Assembly (NCBI GenBank): GCA_964016885.1
Contig: OZ024746.1
Span: 42,098,001 to 42,162,000, forward strand
Source: Eledone cirrhosa
Taxonomy: Eukaryota
Length of the DNA: 64,000 nucleotides
Reading direction: 5' to 3'
In this document: piece by piece, positions 12,532 through 25,244 of the stretch
Layout: the number at the start of each line of letters is the position of its first letter
Numbering within the stretch: position 1 is the first letter of the stretch
The notes under the pieces: generated by a model
What the model was told of the DNA's origin: nothing
What the model saw: only the letters and a program-made list of their open reading frames with translations
Database searches by the model: none
Translations under genes and position numbers: made by a program

Positions 12532-14244
12532 TTCTCTCTTCTCAATATACATTTTCTTTTTTTCTTTTTCTATTGTTTTTACATGATATATTTTTACATA
12601 GAATAAATTTCAATGTTTCCAAAAACACCCTCAAAAACTCTTGATTATATTGAAAATTTATTGAAATGTTTAGGTAGTCTGCTTGTTAAAAGCAGTCATG
12701 AAAGGCTTAAATTATATCAGAGTCAACCTCACTAAAACCACTTAGGTATAATTCTCAAACTATGATTGTGTGGTTTTCTTTAGGGAAAGCTTTTAAGATT
12801 TAAAAGAGATGTTTTATTTATTCAAATAAAATATGAATTTGCAGAAGCATCCATTCAATGATAATGTTTAAAAAGAAAAAAATGTTAAAAGTAATCTCGT
12901 CTTGTATGGCTGCTGACAAGGACTCTAGCTATTGTTCATTGGGGGATTGAATGAGTTATCTTGGAAAAGCTGAGATTCTATAGAGTCCAATGAAATCTTT
13001 AAGAATACAGAAGGCATCCATAAAACTTGTGATATGCATTATAACATGTTTAAATTATAATGTTTATAAATAGTGAAATTAGATTAAAGCTTCATATAAA
13101 GGCCAGTTCTGAGGAGAAACCTATAACAGCATCACTTCTCAACAGTTTTTATATCCAGTTGTTTAGAAGCCACAATAATAAAAGTCATAACAACAATGTC
13201 TAAAATTAATTTACTCATTAGAACATTATCAGCCATTGAAATTTATTTTGTATAAGACCATGACAAAGGCAAAGAGACAAAAAGAAGAAATATATAGCTA
13301 AAACAATTCTATTTATTTAATCTTTTTTCTTTTGTATTGTTCGTGTTCTAGATTCTGGTATTGTTCAAGTTCTAGAACTTTTGCTAGCAAAATGCAAATG
13401 CAAGTATATGATAGTGAACTTTCAGTCTTTTTCACTGAACATATGTGACCTGTTAAAATAATCAGCAGAAAAAAAAAAAAAAAAAAAAAAAGAAAGACCA
13501 AGTAATTTTGGCTTAAGAACTTTTAAAGTCACATTTCTATACAACATTACTAATACTATGGGTTCTTTTTAACATTAAATGATGGGAATTTTAAAAAGAT
13601 GTTCTGTAATAGGTTTCTATTCACATGGCATTTGCAGCAAGCTGAATAGAATCTGCCTGGTAACTTAATAAATGCCATCAGATATTCTTATATTAGTGAG
13701 AAAGAGAATTTCAATGTTAATTCTTGTTTGTCTTTTTTGTCTAGCTGAAGCTTCCATTAAGATAGAACTAGTTCTGTATTACATCTAGTTATTTTTCAAG
13801 CATTTATTGAATTTAAGAGTGATCTTCTTATCCAAAATATAGTGTTGCATACTTTTATTTTCTCTCATCTATTATGTTATCATGTCAAGCTTGAACATAT
13901 TCTCTGAGAATTCTAAAATCATTAAAGTTTATACAACTAAATGTTCATTCTATGAAACATAAAAAAATATTCTAAGCAATAAGCTGTTTATAATTAACTT
14001 GTAGACAAGTATTATAAATCTAAGTTGATGATTAGCTATACAATTTGGTGGAGATTTTGTTTGAACTGCTGTGCATTTGAAATTGTATTAATTTTATACT
14101 ATTAATTAATAATACTATTAATTTTATTAAATCAATCACTAATTTGTAATCTGACTTTTTTCAACAAGGAAATAAAACTTGTTTCTCAAATTAGATATGT
14201 TAAACATATAGACTATTAAACAAATGTGTCAAAAGGGTCATACT

Positions 14245-14541
14245 CAGAGGCATAACTAGGGAAAATAGCATCTATAGCAAGCAGTGAAATTGTGCACCTG
14301 CCCAGCATTGTATTTTTCCCTATGGGCCTAATAATTTATATAAATGGTTTAAAGATCCAGCCACCATAGCGTTCTTACCCATGATAATCAGTGACAGATC
14401 ATACATCTGAAGGAGTTTTTTTTTCACTCTCCGCTGAGGCTTATTTGACTTTAATAGAACGTGCTCCTAGTCCAAGTGGTGCCCCCTTCATGTGACGCCC
14501 ATGGCACATTCTATGCTTGCCATACCCTAGTTATCCCTCTG
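14245..14541. mobile_element. hAT-type MITE
   Basis: TIRs CAGAGGCATAACTAGGG / CCCTAGTTATCCCTCTG; degenerate 8-bp TSD GTCATACT/GCCACACT. Confidence 0.8.
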
Positions 14542-14796
14542 GCCACACTATATTGTTGAGATATATGAATTTAGATCTAATTAGCAGAGATTATGTTATA
14601 TCTGCCTGCTTTACCCTGGCTAACAACAGGTTTCACCTTGCATATTTTACAATTAAATCAACCTGTATTAGCATCATATCCTCTCCAGCTTGTTAGAATT
14701 GTATTGGCTGCATGTTACCTTTAGTTTCCTGTTTACATATTGGCTTAGATTGGATAGCCCTACAAGACAATACATCCTTACTTGTCTTTATATTTA

Positions 14797-15095
14797 AATG
14801 GAATGTAAAATAAGAAAATATTTTAAAAGATGGAAAAGGAAGGGAAAGACAAGGGCTCTAGTGTCACGGAAGAATGGGGAGGGAAAGGGTGAGGGTGATT
14901 GAGCTCTGGGCTTAGGGCATGGTGGTAATGGGGCTGCACCCCACGGAAATGGCCAGCAACATCCACTGTAACAGTCATCCCACCTCATGAAGCTCCTTCC
15001 TCAAATGGGGCGTCAACATTCTGATCTTGTGGAGGAGCTCAGCAGTACAGGGTCCCAGTATGCCTGGGTCATCATGGTGACTGGTGCAAAGAATC
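14797..15095 (-). mobile_element. Second CRE-like 3' fragment
   Basis: Reverse complement aligns with 11925-12181, including the terminal CTTATTTTACATTCCATT. Confidence 0.72.
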
Positions 15096-15602
15096 AGGCT
15101 CAGTATTCTAAGATTTGATCATGATCTCATATATTCTTCATAGAGCTTTCTCTGGTGAGACCCCATCACCTGTAGCACCACTTTTACCCCTAGCTTCCAT
15201 TTACACATGTTTGTTTACTGGTATAACTCTTTCTCTAGCTTACATTGGTTAATGTATTTAATACTTAGCCTTGTGATCGGGTTTTATGTACATTTCACAA
15301 TGAACAGATCACACTCATTTAATTTTTGTGGAGCCACTGTAACACTTCTATATTCAATGCCTATGTTACATTAGCATACAACAGTTCAACATTTTGACCA
15401 ATTAGATTAATATATAACAACATGATTTATTGTAATTTATCTTTAATTCAGATAAGTGCCTACAATTTTCTCCTATGATAAAATATACAAGTGCCTATCT
15501 TCCAATCCTATAGCCCATTTAAGACGATACTCAGCAGTGCAAAAATATAATTTGATTCTAATGTGCAGGAGAGACATTTGCTTCATAAACCATAGTGTAG
15601 AC

Positions 15603-16310
15603 CAGGGATTTGATAATTCTTACTTTCAGGATCCACAGTGGGTTGTCAAGTTAACTTTTTTAGTGGACATCACGACCCACATGAACATTTTTTTAATCTT
15701 GAGCTTCAAGGAAAGAACAAGGTTGTATTTGAGATATTTGGTCAAATTACTGCTTTTGAGAGAAAACTTCGACTGTGGGAATCACAACTTCAAAAAGGAA
15801 ACTACTTCCATTTCCCAAGTCTCCAAAATCACAAGAGAGATATAATACCAGACATCTTTGTGAGCTCTATTAAGGATTTGAGAAGTGAGTTTTCCTCTCG
15901 TTTTGCTGACTTCCGGCAATATGGAACTCTATTTAAGTTATTTGGTACTCCTTACGAAACAGATGTGGAGCAAGTGGCAGAACAATATCAGTTGGAGTTA
16001 ATTGACTTACAGTGCAACGAATCTTTGAAATCGAAATTTCAGTTCGAATCCACTGCTGACTTCTACAAGAAATATATATTGCCAAGCGGAAAATATAAAA
16101 ACATCTTGACTAATGCGAAACTGATGATATCATTATTTGGAAGTACATATGCTTGTGAACAACTTTTTTCCAAAATGAAATATACTAATAGTCATTTAAG
16201 AACAAGGTTGTGATGACCACCTGGATGATGTTTTGCTCCTGTCATTGACAAATATTTCACCTAATGTGGAGAAGTTATCGCACAATAAGCAGAAACAAGT
16301 GTCTCATTAA
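15603..16310 (+). pseudogene. C-terminal part of a hAT transposase (GTF2IRD2/SPIN-like), two frameshifts
   Basis: W..KL.FL.DIT.H.N / NLELQG / F..KL.LW..Q / QLELIDLQC / LFGSTY.CEQLFS.MK...S..R.RL / QVSH*. Confidence 0.93.
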
Positions 16311-16623
16311 ATCATTTACCATTTCTAACTGTATTTCGTTTGTAGCAAGGAATTTGCTTTTTTTTTTGTTGATTGTGATAGTAGTTGTTTTTCTGTTATT
16401 CATGCAGTAAAATAAGGAATTTGCTTCTTTTTTTCTTGAATGTGTTTGTAGTTTTTTTTTTTTTTTTTTTTTTGTTATTCCTGCAGTAAAATAAAATTAT
16501 ATTAAATTCCTTGTTTTGCTTTAAACCTCCAGAAAATTTATTTACATATTTAATAACATGGCCCTCGTCCATGACACTGCATAGCTGTTTGGCGCTCTCT
16601 CTCCAAAAGGTTGCTGACCCCTG
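15603..16623 (+). mobile_element. Truncated hAT (SPIN/Charlie-like) DNA transposon
   Basis: Perfect 8-bp TSD GTGTAGAC (15595-15602, 16624-16631); right TIR AAAAGGTTGCTGACCCCTG. Confidence 0.93.
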
Positions 16624-17222
16624 GTGTAGACAATCCATCAAGAAAAAGGCCATAAAGAACTCATTCAAGGTGAAGACAACCTCTCTAGTGTTGATGACAC
16701 AATAAATCTACCCAGTTCAATCTGATAGTAGCTGACATGAGAAAGGGAATCCAGTAATAAAATCCCTCTTAATTAATAATGCAGCACAACAGAATGAATT
16801 GTAAAGAAAACGAAAAATTAAACAAACAAAAGGAAGGATATTTTGCTTAAATTACTAGACCCTTTCTAAAGCTATTTTTTTTATTGAATTAAAATGATCA
16901 ATTTTGTTAAATTCATTAAAATGACATGTATTTAGGATATGAATAAATGTGCAATAAATTTTATTTTGAGTTTTATGGCTTGTCATTTTCTTCATCAGAT
17001 TTATGAAACTTATTATTGTGAATAACAATATTTTATATTATTATAGAATAATGAAACCTATATTAAGAAATAAAGGGATATAACTAAGATCTAATGTAAC
17101 AAACACGGCTAGGTTGTTATGGAGAACCTAGATTTCTCATGAACAAGCATTTTATTAACAGTCAGCATCAGCATCCTTCTTTAGATTCCTTAGACTAAGG
17201 TAAGTGTGATCATGGTATACAG

Positions 17223-17660
17223 CAGCGTTTCTCAACCTTTTTATCATTGTGGAACCTTTGAAATAGTTTTCATGTCTCAGGGAACCCCTTTCATAATCAA
17301 TTATTATATACCATTAATAATATCTAAATGCATTAGCTTATATATCACTGTTTCTCGCAGAACCCCTAGCAACCTCATGTGGAACACTAGGATTCCAGGA
17401 AACTAGTTAAAACATGCTAGTATAGAGCAGAGGTTTCCAAACTGTGTCTTGTGATACTTTAGTGTATCACTAATAATCTCTAGGTGTATCATGAAATTAA
17501 GTAATTTCTGATCATTTTTTTCCTGAATATTTGAGATCTGACAACTCTGTGTACAATTAAAGATCTGACTGATGTCATGTTAAGAAAATTCAATTAATGA
17601 CTCAAGAAATTTTTTTTTTTTTAAATGTGTGTCACCAATAAGAAAATTTGGGAAGCCCTA
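17223..17660. mobile_element. Two adjacent degenerate hAT-type MITEs (17223-17419, 17428-17660)
   Basis: Ends CAGCGTTTCTCAAC..GTTAAAACATGCTA and CAGAGGTTTCCAAACT..AATTTGGGAAGCCCTA; 8-mers GTATACAG/GTATAGAG flank the first. Confidence 0.7.
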
Positions 17661-18767
17661 TCATAGTCTCTAGAAAGCTGAGTCAGTAAAAGTCATTGAT
17701 ATTCCTAGTTGGGTTATTTTCTCTTTTGTTTGTGATTCAATCCTGTGGTTTCTTGATATAACTTTACTTTCAACATGCTACAAAGCAATAGTTTTTGAAG
17801 GAAACATAGAAACCTATTAACCCTTTTAACCATGAATACCTGCTATATGTGGGGTCCCAAACTTTGTGTTCCTATACAAAAATCCCTGAGAGAGTTTTGA
17901 CAATAAATAAACAACCATCCAGTTATTAAACTAACCAACTGGAAATTTGTAATAAATTGAATTGAAAACCAACAGGTGTGTGTGTTTCTTTTGGAAGCAT
18001 GACCCTCCCAAAGTATAACAATATATATATATGTGTGTGTGTGTGTGTAAACGAGGTTGGTGTTAGGAAGGGCATCCAGCTGTAGTAATCAAGCCAAAAT
18101 CCGTTCTGTATGAGGAAGACATGGTCACCTGACAGGTCTATTCACATTGTCATCTCTTAGTTGCCTCCCTCCCTCTCTCTCTATATATATATGTGTGTGT
18201 GTGTGCTTGTAATTAATTTTATGTGTTATTCTGTGTCTGTGTTTATATCAACAAAACCCCCCAAAAAAGCAGATCAATAAAATAAGTACTGGGGTTGATA
18301 AGATCGACTAAATCAAGTATGCCCCCAACATGGCCTGGCCACAGTCATATGACTGAAACTAGTAAAAGAGTAAAAGAATAGACATACACATATGCGATAG
18401 GCTTTGTAAAGTGTCCATCTACTAAATACATTGTGTAAATGTAAATATCTTCTAGACCATTAAACGCTTTTATGAGATGGCACTCATCTGTTCTCTTTCA
18501 TGACAATGACAACATTCTCAGTTTATATTCCCAACAGCTAGGTGAACTAAATCATACAGAATTTAACATATCATCAAAATATACAATGAAATACCTTCAA
18601 TAAATTTCTTCTCAAGAAATGTGGATTCCATTTTCATTTGATTTTTAAATAGGAACTGTTTGGTGAGGTTCATATGATTGATATTTAGTTTGAAAGTCAT
18701 CTAACTCTTGGTTGGATAGAAGACATTGAAAGGGCATGTTTTTCATTTGCTGTCAATATGTGATTTT

Positions 18768-18996
18768 CCCTTTAGCATTTAAATGAGCCATATTCGACCA
18801 GAATTCTCTCATCTCTTTCTGTTCAAACTGGCCATAACTGGCCACTCATACTGATGTTAAGGTGTTGTTCTCAAAATAATTAATATCAAAATCTCATAGA
18901 TTCGATATTATGTGAACTAATTATGTGAGATAAAGCCTTTAAAGATTTACCATGAAAATACAATAGTAAATATAGAGTAATGTAAATGCTAACGGG
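18768..18996 (+). mobile_element. TTAA-targeting (piggyBac-like) MITE
   Basis: TIR CCCTTTAGCATTTA / TAAATGCTAACGGG followed by TTAA; same family as 21924, 44883, 49896. Confidence 0.8.
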
Positions 18997-19979
18997 TTAA
19001 ATTTATCTGTGAGATTAACTTCCTATGATTATCTTATGACTTGCAATAAGTTAGAGAAGATCAGCATCCCTAAAGTTTTCTCTCATGATCTACTTGTAAC
19101 TTATCACCTACAGACAGAACTATATCAGGCAAGAGAAACTTCTAGTATAGGTATGGATAACTTTTATTGAGAAATGAGCAATTTAATGAGCAACATCATA
19201 AGGTGGGCTGCACTACTAGAAATTTCAAGGGAATTTTGAAATTAGGTATGCCATTCAGAAAGCCAAATGGACTGCAATTTTCCCATGACTGGTCTAGTAC
19301 TTTTCATTGTCTGCACATATAATATCTAGGATTTGTTATAATAGATGTTCTAATGTAACATAGAAAGTCTCTAATGTACTTGATTATAGAGGAACTACTC
19401 AGGGGCATGATCACTGACGAAAGGAAAACATTTATGAGAGTAAATAATGAAAGTATGTATGAAATAAATGTAGTCAGCGATTGTATGTGTCTATTTAAAG
19501 TTAACTAATGCATATTTGCTAAAGGCTAATATCAACTGGCATAAATTTGTATTAGCACTTTCTTTCAGTGTCATGGATTTACTTATTTTGTTCACTCTTG
19601 GTCTCTCACTTTCTTCATATCTGGCATTTACACACACTCACATATAGTTATGCAAAGACACAAAAGGATATAGTCCTATGCATTAAATATACATGCCTTC
19701 ATGAAGCAAGGTCTACTGTCAATTTCAATAGCATCATGAAATTATTTGTAAAAATCCAAATTTTCTGCTGAACTGTCAAATAACTACATAGCCTAACATC
19801 TTAAATAGTTTCTCTTGAGAATTCAGAGCAAAAAATTATTTTCTGTAAATCTTGACATAGTGGCAGATTTTATCGACTGCTTTTGAAACTGAAAAATTCG
19901 AGCTGCATATATATAAAGATGCCTCCACGTATAGTATTAGCTCACACTTATAGAACATAGTGGAGTTTTTCATCTAGAT

Positions 19980-20135
19980 TACAGTGTGTTTGAGAAGTTC
20001 ACTTTTCAATCACATGGATTCAGGTTCAGTCCCATTCTGTGACACCTTGAATGAGTATCTTCTATCATAGTCATGGGTTGACCAATATCTCTAGTGGATG
20101 AAATTAGGTGGGTGGAAATTGTGGAGAAGACACTC
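19980..20135 (+). mobile_element. Degenerate tRNA-derived SINE family C head
   Basis: CACATGGATTCAGGTTCAGTCCCA..GTGACACCTTG..GTATCTTCTA followed by (TA)n; related to 27165-27330. Confidence 0.65.
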
Positions 20136-20158
20136 ATATATATATATATATATATATA

Positions 20159-20386
20159 CAGAGTGTTTCAAAAAATTTAATATCATTTGGGATTTTAATA
20201 TCATTTGAGATGTAAATATCCCAGAAACTACAAGGTCTAGGACAACCAGACTAAGCAGGCTCCATGTTGAGTAACACAAGATTTATTCCTCAAAACATGT
20301 CCACGTTATAACATTAATTCACAATATATATTTCAATGTGACAACCTTGGGAACAGGCCATTGATATCAAATTTTTTGAAACACCC

Positions 20387-20388
<2 letters not shown>
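20159..20388. mobile_element. Tc1/mariner-type MITE in a TA tract
   Basis: TIRs CAGAGTGTTTCAAAAAATTTAATATC / GATATCAAATTTTTTGAAACACCCTG, flanked by TA. Confidence 0.85.
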
Positions 20389-20440
<52 letters not shown>

Positions 20441-21669
20441 ACAACAACAGAATACCAGACTGGAAAATTTCCTTTAGAATTTTAATCCCATTAAATGACT
20501 ATACGTATTTCCTTGGCCCAGCTCTATCATCCAATTATGTTCCTATATTCTAACATTAACCCCCCAGAAAAGTATGCTTGCTCAATTTCCTTCCTGCCTT
20601 CTTATATTTGCCATATTCAATGCCTATGTATCAGTACCATTCAACATAATACTTCATACCCAGACATTACAAATCTCATGAAAACAACCTCACATCATAT
20701 TTTCTCTAATAATGTAGTTACAAATAGCAGACACTTTACAATTAATTTACTATCTGTCATAGACATTCAACATAACACATACTTTACATTGTTCAATAAG
20801 TTCATAGCTGTAGTATATATAGATTGTAAAGTTTCAGGCTTTATACTTCATCTGAATGTGAGAAAAAGAGAGAAAAATAGAGTTGCTGTCACTGAAGCTA
20901 GAGTCAAGTAAATAACTGTCACTAGTTTACTTATACTTTACAAAACTGAATTAGACAAATGACAACTTACTAATGACAATGTACTAATTGTGATACAGTT
21001 TAGGTATTGATCAGATGCTACAGTATTCCTCAAATATGTTGGATTAAACAGCCAACATACAAATATATATACAAAATCACACATACAGACACATTGAGAA
21101 ACAAAATTGGTATCTCTAAGTTCAAACAATTTATTGAAAATGTACTGAAGAATGAATGAAGTAGTTATGGAAAAACTTTCAGATTATTTTTAAAAAAGCT
21201 AATATCATTAGATCATATCCAACAATTTTGTTTTATTTAATTAAACTCAAAATTCTAAGTGGATTTGAATAATTTTTTTTTGTGCAAGCTAATATATGAT
21301 TGTATATTACACTTGCATGCTTGAATATCTATGTTTTTGTAAATATGTAAATGTATTTTTGTTTTGAATATGATTATGATTTTATCAGCTGTTGTCTTGT
21401 GAAAATTTATATTTAGAATAATATTATACTAATGGGCTCATAATTATATTAATGGGCTCCCTTGGTGAGTTCATGAAGGAAAAGGAATGAGAAGTCCTGC
21501 CTTAAAAAATCATTTTATTCTACATTGTGTCTCTATATGTTTCTTATATCTCATGAACATAATTAAAACAAGAATGCTAAATCAAATCTTTGTTGTTTAA
21601 AATAGATATCTACTCAAACAATAAACCACTTGATTGGAGAAACATTAGATTATGTGTGAACACTGTATT

Positions 21670-22400
21670 CATCATAATCATCATCATCATTTTTATGCGT
21701 TCATTTTGCGCACCCTTAGATGCATATTTTTCAGCCCAGTATCTCCCTCCTATTGATTTCAGAACACTTCTATCATCTCTTCCCAGGTCTTGCTTGGTCT
21801 ACCTCTACTGTGGCCTTTCTCCACTGGGATTTCCTGGTACTTCTTCACCCAACGATCATCATCTATGTGCATCACATGTCTGTACCAATGCAGACTTCTC
21901 TCACCACTTCAGATTCCTCTTAATCCTTTAGCATTTAAACCGGCCATATCCGGCCAGAATTCTCTCACCTCTTTCTGTTCAAACCAACCGTTAAATCGCT
22001 GCTCATATAGGTATGAGCAGCCATTTAACTGGCTGCTCATACCTATATTAAGGTATTGTTCTCAAAATAAGTGACATCAAAATCTTGTAGATTCGATATT
22101 ACATAGATAATTATGTAAAATAAAGCCTTTACTGCGAAATAGTAAGTATTGAATAATGTAAATGCTAAAGGGTTAAACCCAGTTTCTCCCTCAATGATTG
22201 TACATCCAATGAAGCATGGTTGCTTCATTTTTCTCCAACCTATTCATGTCCTCTGTAGTTGTTGCTCATCTTTCCCTACCATGCATCATTGCAGTTTGCA
22301 TACAGGCATGATACAGTCATCCTTTTGTATGCAGAGAGAAACCTTTTGTTGTCAACAGTCAGAGTAGTTCTCTAAAATTCTTCCATCCTATTACACAACA
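21670..22400 (-). mobile_element. Degenerate RTE 3' fragment interrupted by a MITE
   Basis: Removing the MITE restores LREKLGLRGI; GRPSKTW motif; (ATG)n-type tail at 21670-21690. Confidence 0.75.
21924..22172 (+). mobile_element. TTAA-targeting (piggyBac-like) MITE
   Basis: TTAA on both sides; TIR (T/C)CCTTTAGCATTTA / TAAATGCTAAAGGG. Confidence 0.88.
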
Positions 22401-22856
22401 TATTCAGTTGTGTAATGTTTGTTGATACTATGTTCAAAAGGGAAATAGCTACTATGTTTAGAGGTGTCTGACGTGAAACTAAGTTCAATGATAACATTTA
22501 ATATCCACTACTGCATGAAACTGCATTAGCAAAACATCCTTGAAAAGTACATTAAAACTTGTTTTTAGTTTACTGAAAATTTTCACAGCAATCTACCTAC
22601 AAGTAATGACTTTATAAACATTTGAATTAAAAGACAAATTGTTTTAGATATTTTCTGATCAATCACTAAAGGCTTAGAAATCTATCCAGTCTATCCTTAA
22701 TAAGTTTACTCAATTGTTAAACAATTAAGGAAGAAAGACTGCAGAGTTTGTGATACTAGCTCACCCACCAATCATAAATTTAGATAGATGGCATGTCTGT
22801 TTAGAGAGTGGAACTAGCTGTTGATAGCAAGAGCTCAACTGTCAGGTCCTGACTCT

Positions 22857-22887
<31 letters not shown>

Positions 22888-23590
22888 CACATAAGAAACG
22901 GAGAATCAGTGTTGCAATGAACAAAATTTATTAGACATATTACAATTGTTTCTCTGGTGACCAGCTTGAGGCATGATCGATGTATTGATCGAACCTGACT
23001 CTGAAATCGCAAGGTCCTCAGATACATCTCGATTCTACAAAGCAGAGTTTCCAAATGTCCAGTTACACCCGCAGCCTTCACTCGGCAGCTTAGATCCTGT
23101 TGTTGTCATTCTATGAGTGGTCAAGAATTGTACACATCATCGGTATTTTTGGCCACTCATGGCCGTCGTACATTTGGTTCCTTTCATTTGCAAATGAAAG
23201 TTGTTTCTTAAATCGGAATTACTAGTGTAGGAAGTAAGGGGTTCTTTGATTGAACCGCTCGCGCCCTGTCACAGCCTCCTCAACCTGTATGCGCCCGCAC
23301 CCATGTGCATGTTTCGCGCAGGAATGATACATATGGGCACTTATACACCCACAGCGATCACATACACACCCGCAACTGTATTATATGCGACAATCACAGT
23401 AAATATTGAATGTGCAGCGAATACTTAGAAAGAATTTAAAAAAAAAATGGAAAACATTTAAAAGAAAAACACAGCCTCAAAATACCCTAAAAAACACACA
23501 TTTAGAAAAAAAACCCTATAAAAAGAACGTTTTTCAAAGAATGCTTGAAATAGTCTTTCAAAAAAGTTATTTCAAAGGTATTTTTGATAA
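22888..23590 (-). mobile_element. Non-coding PLE-like terminal (pLTR-like) element between microsatellites
   Basis: CpG-retaining insert with an HHR, then AATAAA (22932-22927), then about 40 nt, then (TA)n. The 5' boundary is approximate. Confidence 0.65.
22934..23028 (-). ncRNA. Type I hammerhead-like ribozyme with 62-nt domain II
   Basis: GAUGUAU-CUGAGGA-[62 nt]-GAAAC-AAUU-GUA-AUAUGUC; 7-bp stem I (2 GU pairs) and palindromic ACAAUUGU stem III. Confidence 0.65.
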
Positions 23591-23596
23591 ATATAT

Positions 23597-23649
<53 letters not shown>

Positions 23650-23736
23650 GGAAAAATTTGAACAGGAACAAAACAGAGAGGCAGTACAACAAATGTTTAT
23701 TAATTTCACGCTCTGGAGAGTGGGGTGGTGGTGGGG

Positions 23737-23770
23737 AACGACGTTTCGGGCATAAGCCCTTCCTCAGGTG
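23737..23770 (-). ncRNA. Minimal PLE-type hammerhead ribozyme
   Basis: CUGAGGA-A-GGGC-UUAU-GCCC-GAAAC-GUC; palindromic ACGU stem III; stem I is weak. Confidence 0.8.
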
Positions 23771-25244
23771 AGAAGTGTGTGGGAAGAGAGTTCAAAGGGT
23801 GTGTAGGGGAGTGGTGGAGAGACATATAGCGAAAAGGGGGTGGGAGGAAACAGTGCGAATGAAATTAAAAATAAAAATAAAAATAAAGCATGATCAAAAT
23901 AAAAAGAATGAAATAAAAATAAATATAAAAGCATGATCAAAATAAACTGAAATTAAAAAGTGGTAAAACAGGTGGTGGAAAGGTGTGGGGTGTGTAGGGG
24001 TGGTGGCGGGTGGAGTGGGGAGAGGGAGACGGGGTGTCCGAGCGGGGAGGGCTGAAGGTGGTGTGTGTGTGTAGGTGTACGTGTGTGTGTGTGTGTGTGT
24101 GTATGTGAAAGTAAGGGTTGGGGGAAGAACGGAGTTGCATGTTCAGGAAGAGGTGTGTGTTGGGTGGGGGTTGTAGGTCGGAGTGTCTGTGCGTGTGTGG
24201 ATAGAGGGGTGGGGGAAGAGGAATCAGGAGGCTGAGGGTGTAAATATGTGGTGGAAAGCACGTGTGTGTGGGGTTTAAGCGTGTTGTGGGTGTAGGTGGC
24301 GTGTGGGAGAAACAATTTTTTGGGGTGTGTGTGTGGGTGAGTTATAAAGGTGATTCCGTAAGAGGATGGTTGAAATGTTGGTAAATTCCTATGATGTTTA
24401 GTAGATTCGATGGTGGTCAAGTTCCACATACGAGTATTCCATGAAGAGATGGTCCGAAGAGGAGAGCTGTGGGGTGCGCGCGCAACAGGAAGTGGTCAAG
24501 CGGTGGGAGTGCTGTGTGTCTGTTTGTGCTGGGAGGTGGTCAGAGGGCATAGCAGCAGTCGGGTGGAATGGTAAAGGGGCGAGGATGGGTAGGTGTGAAA
24601 GTTGGAGTGAGGAGGGTGTGTGTGTGTATTAGTAGACGTGTTAGTGGGATGAGTGAGTGTGGAGCGAGGGTGTGGGTGGAGTGGGGAGAGAAGGGTGTGT
24701 GTAGTTCTATGGAGGGAGTGTGGTGTACTGGTGTGTGTGTAGTTTGATGAAGGGGGTGTTAGTGGGTGTTAGTATACGGGAGGTGGGGAAAGGGTTGAAT
24801 GCAGGTGTGGGTGGGGGTTAGTGGTGGTAGGATGTGTAGAGTTGGTGGTGTACGAGGGTGTGTGGGTACGTGTGCGTGGAGTTTTGGGGTGTTAGTGATG
24901 TTAGTTGCGTGTGGGGTGGGTGGTGTAAGTGGGTGCGTGTGTTCGTGTGCTTGGGGTCAGGGGGTGTTAGTGAGGTTAGTTGCGGAGTGGTGGGATGGAG
25001 GTGTGGGGGTGAGGGTTAGTGGTGGTAGTAGGGTGTGTGTTTAGTGTGAGCGCGTGTATATATGTGCCGGTGTGTGTGTGCATGTGATAAGAAGGGGAGG
25101 GGAAGAAGGGAGGGATGTTAGTATGTTAGTTGGGGAATGGTGGTCGGATGAGGGGTGGAGTGGAGGTGTTAGTATTGTTAGTTGTGGGGTGGGCGGTGAA
25201 AAGGAGGGGTGTGTTAGTGGGGGATATGTGTGGGGGGAGGGGGG

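Noticed and set aside
24630-25220. Telomeric repeat
   Set aside because: GTTAGT motifs are scattered, not a tandem TTAGGG array.
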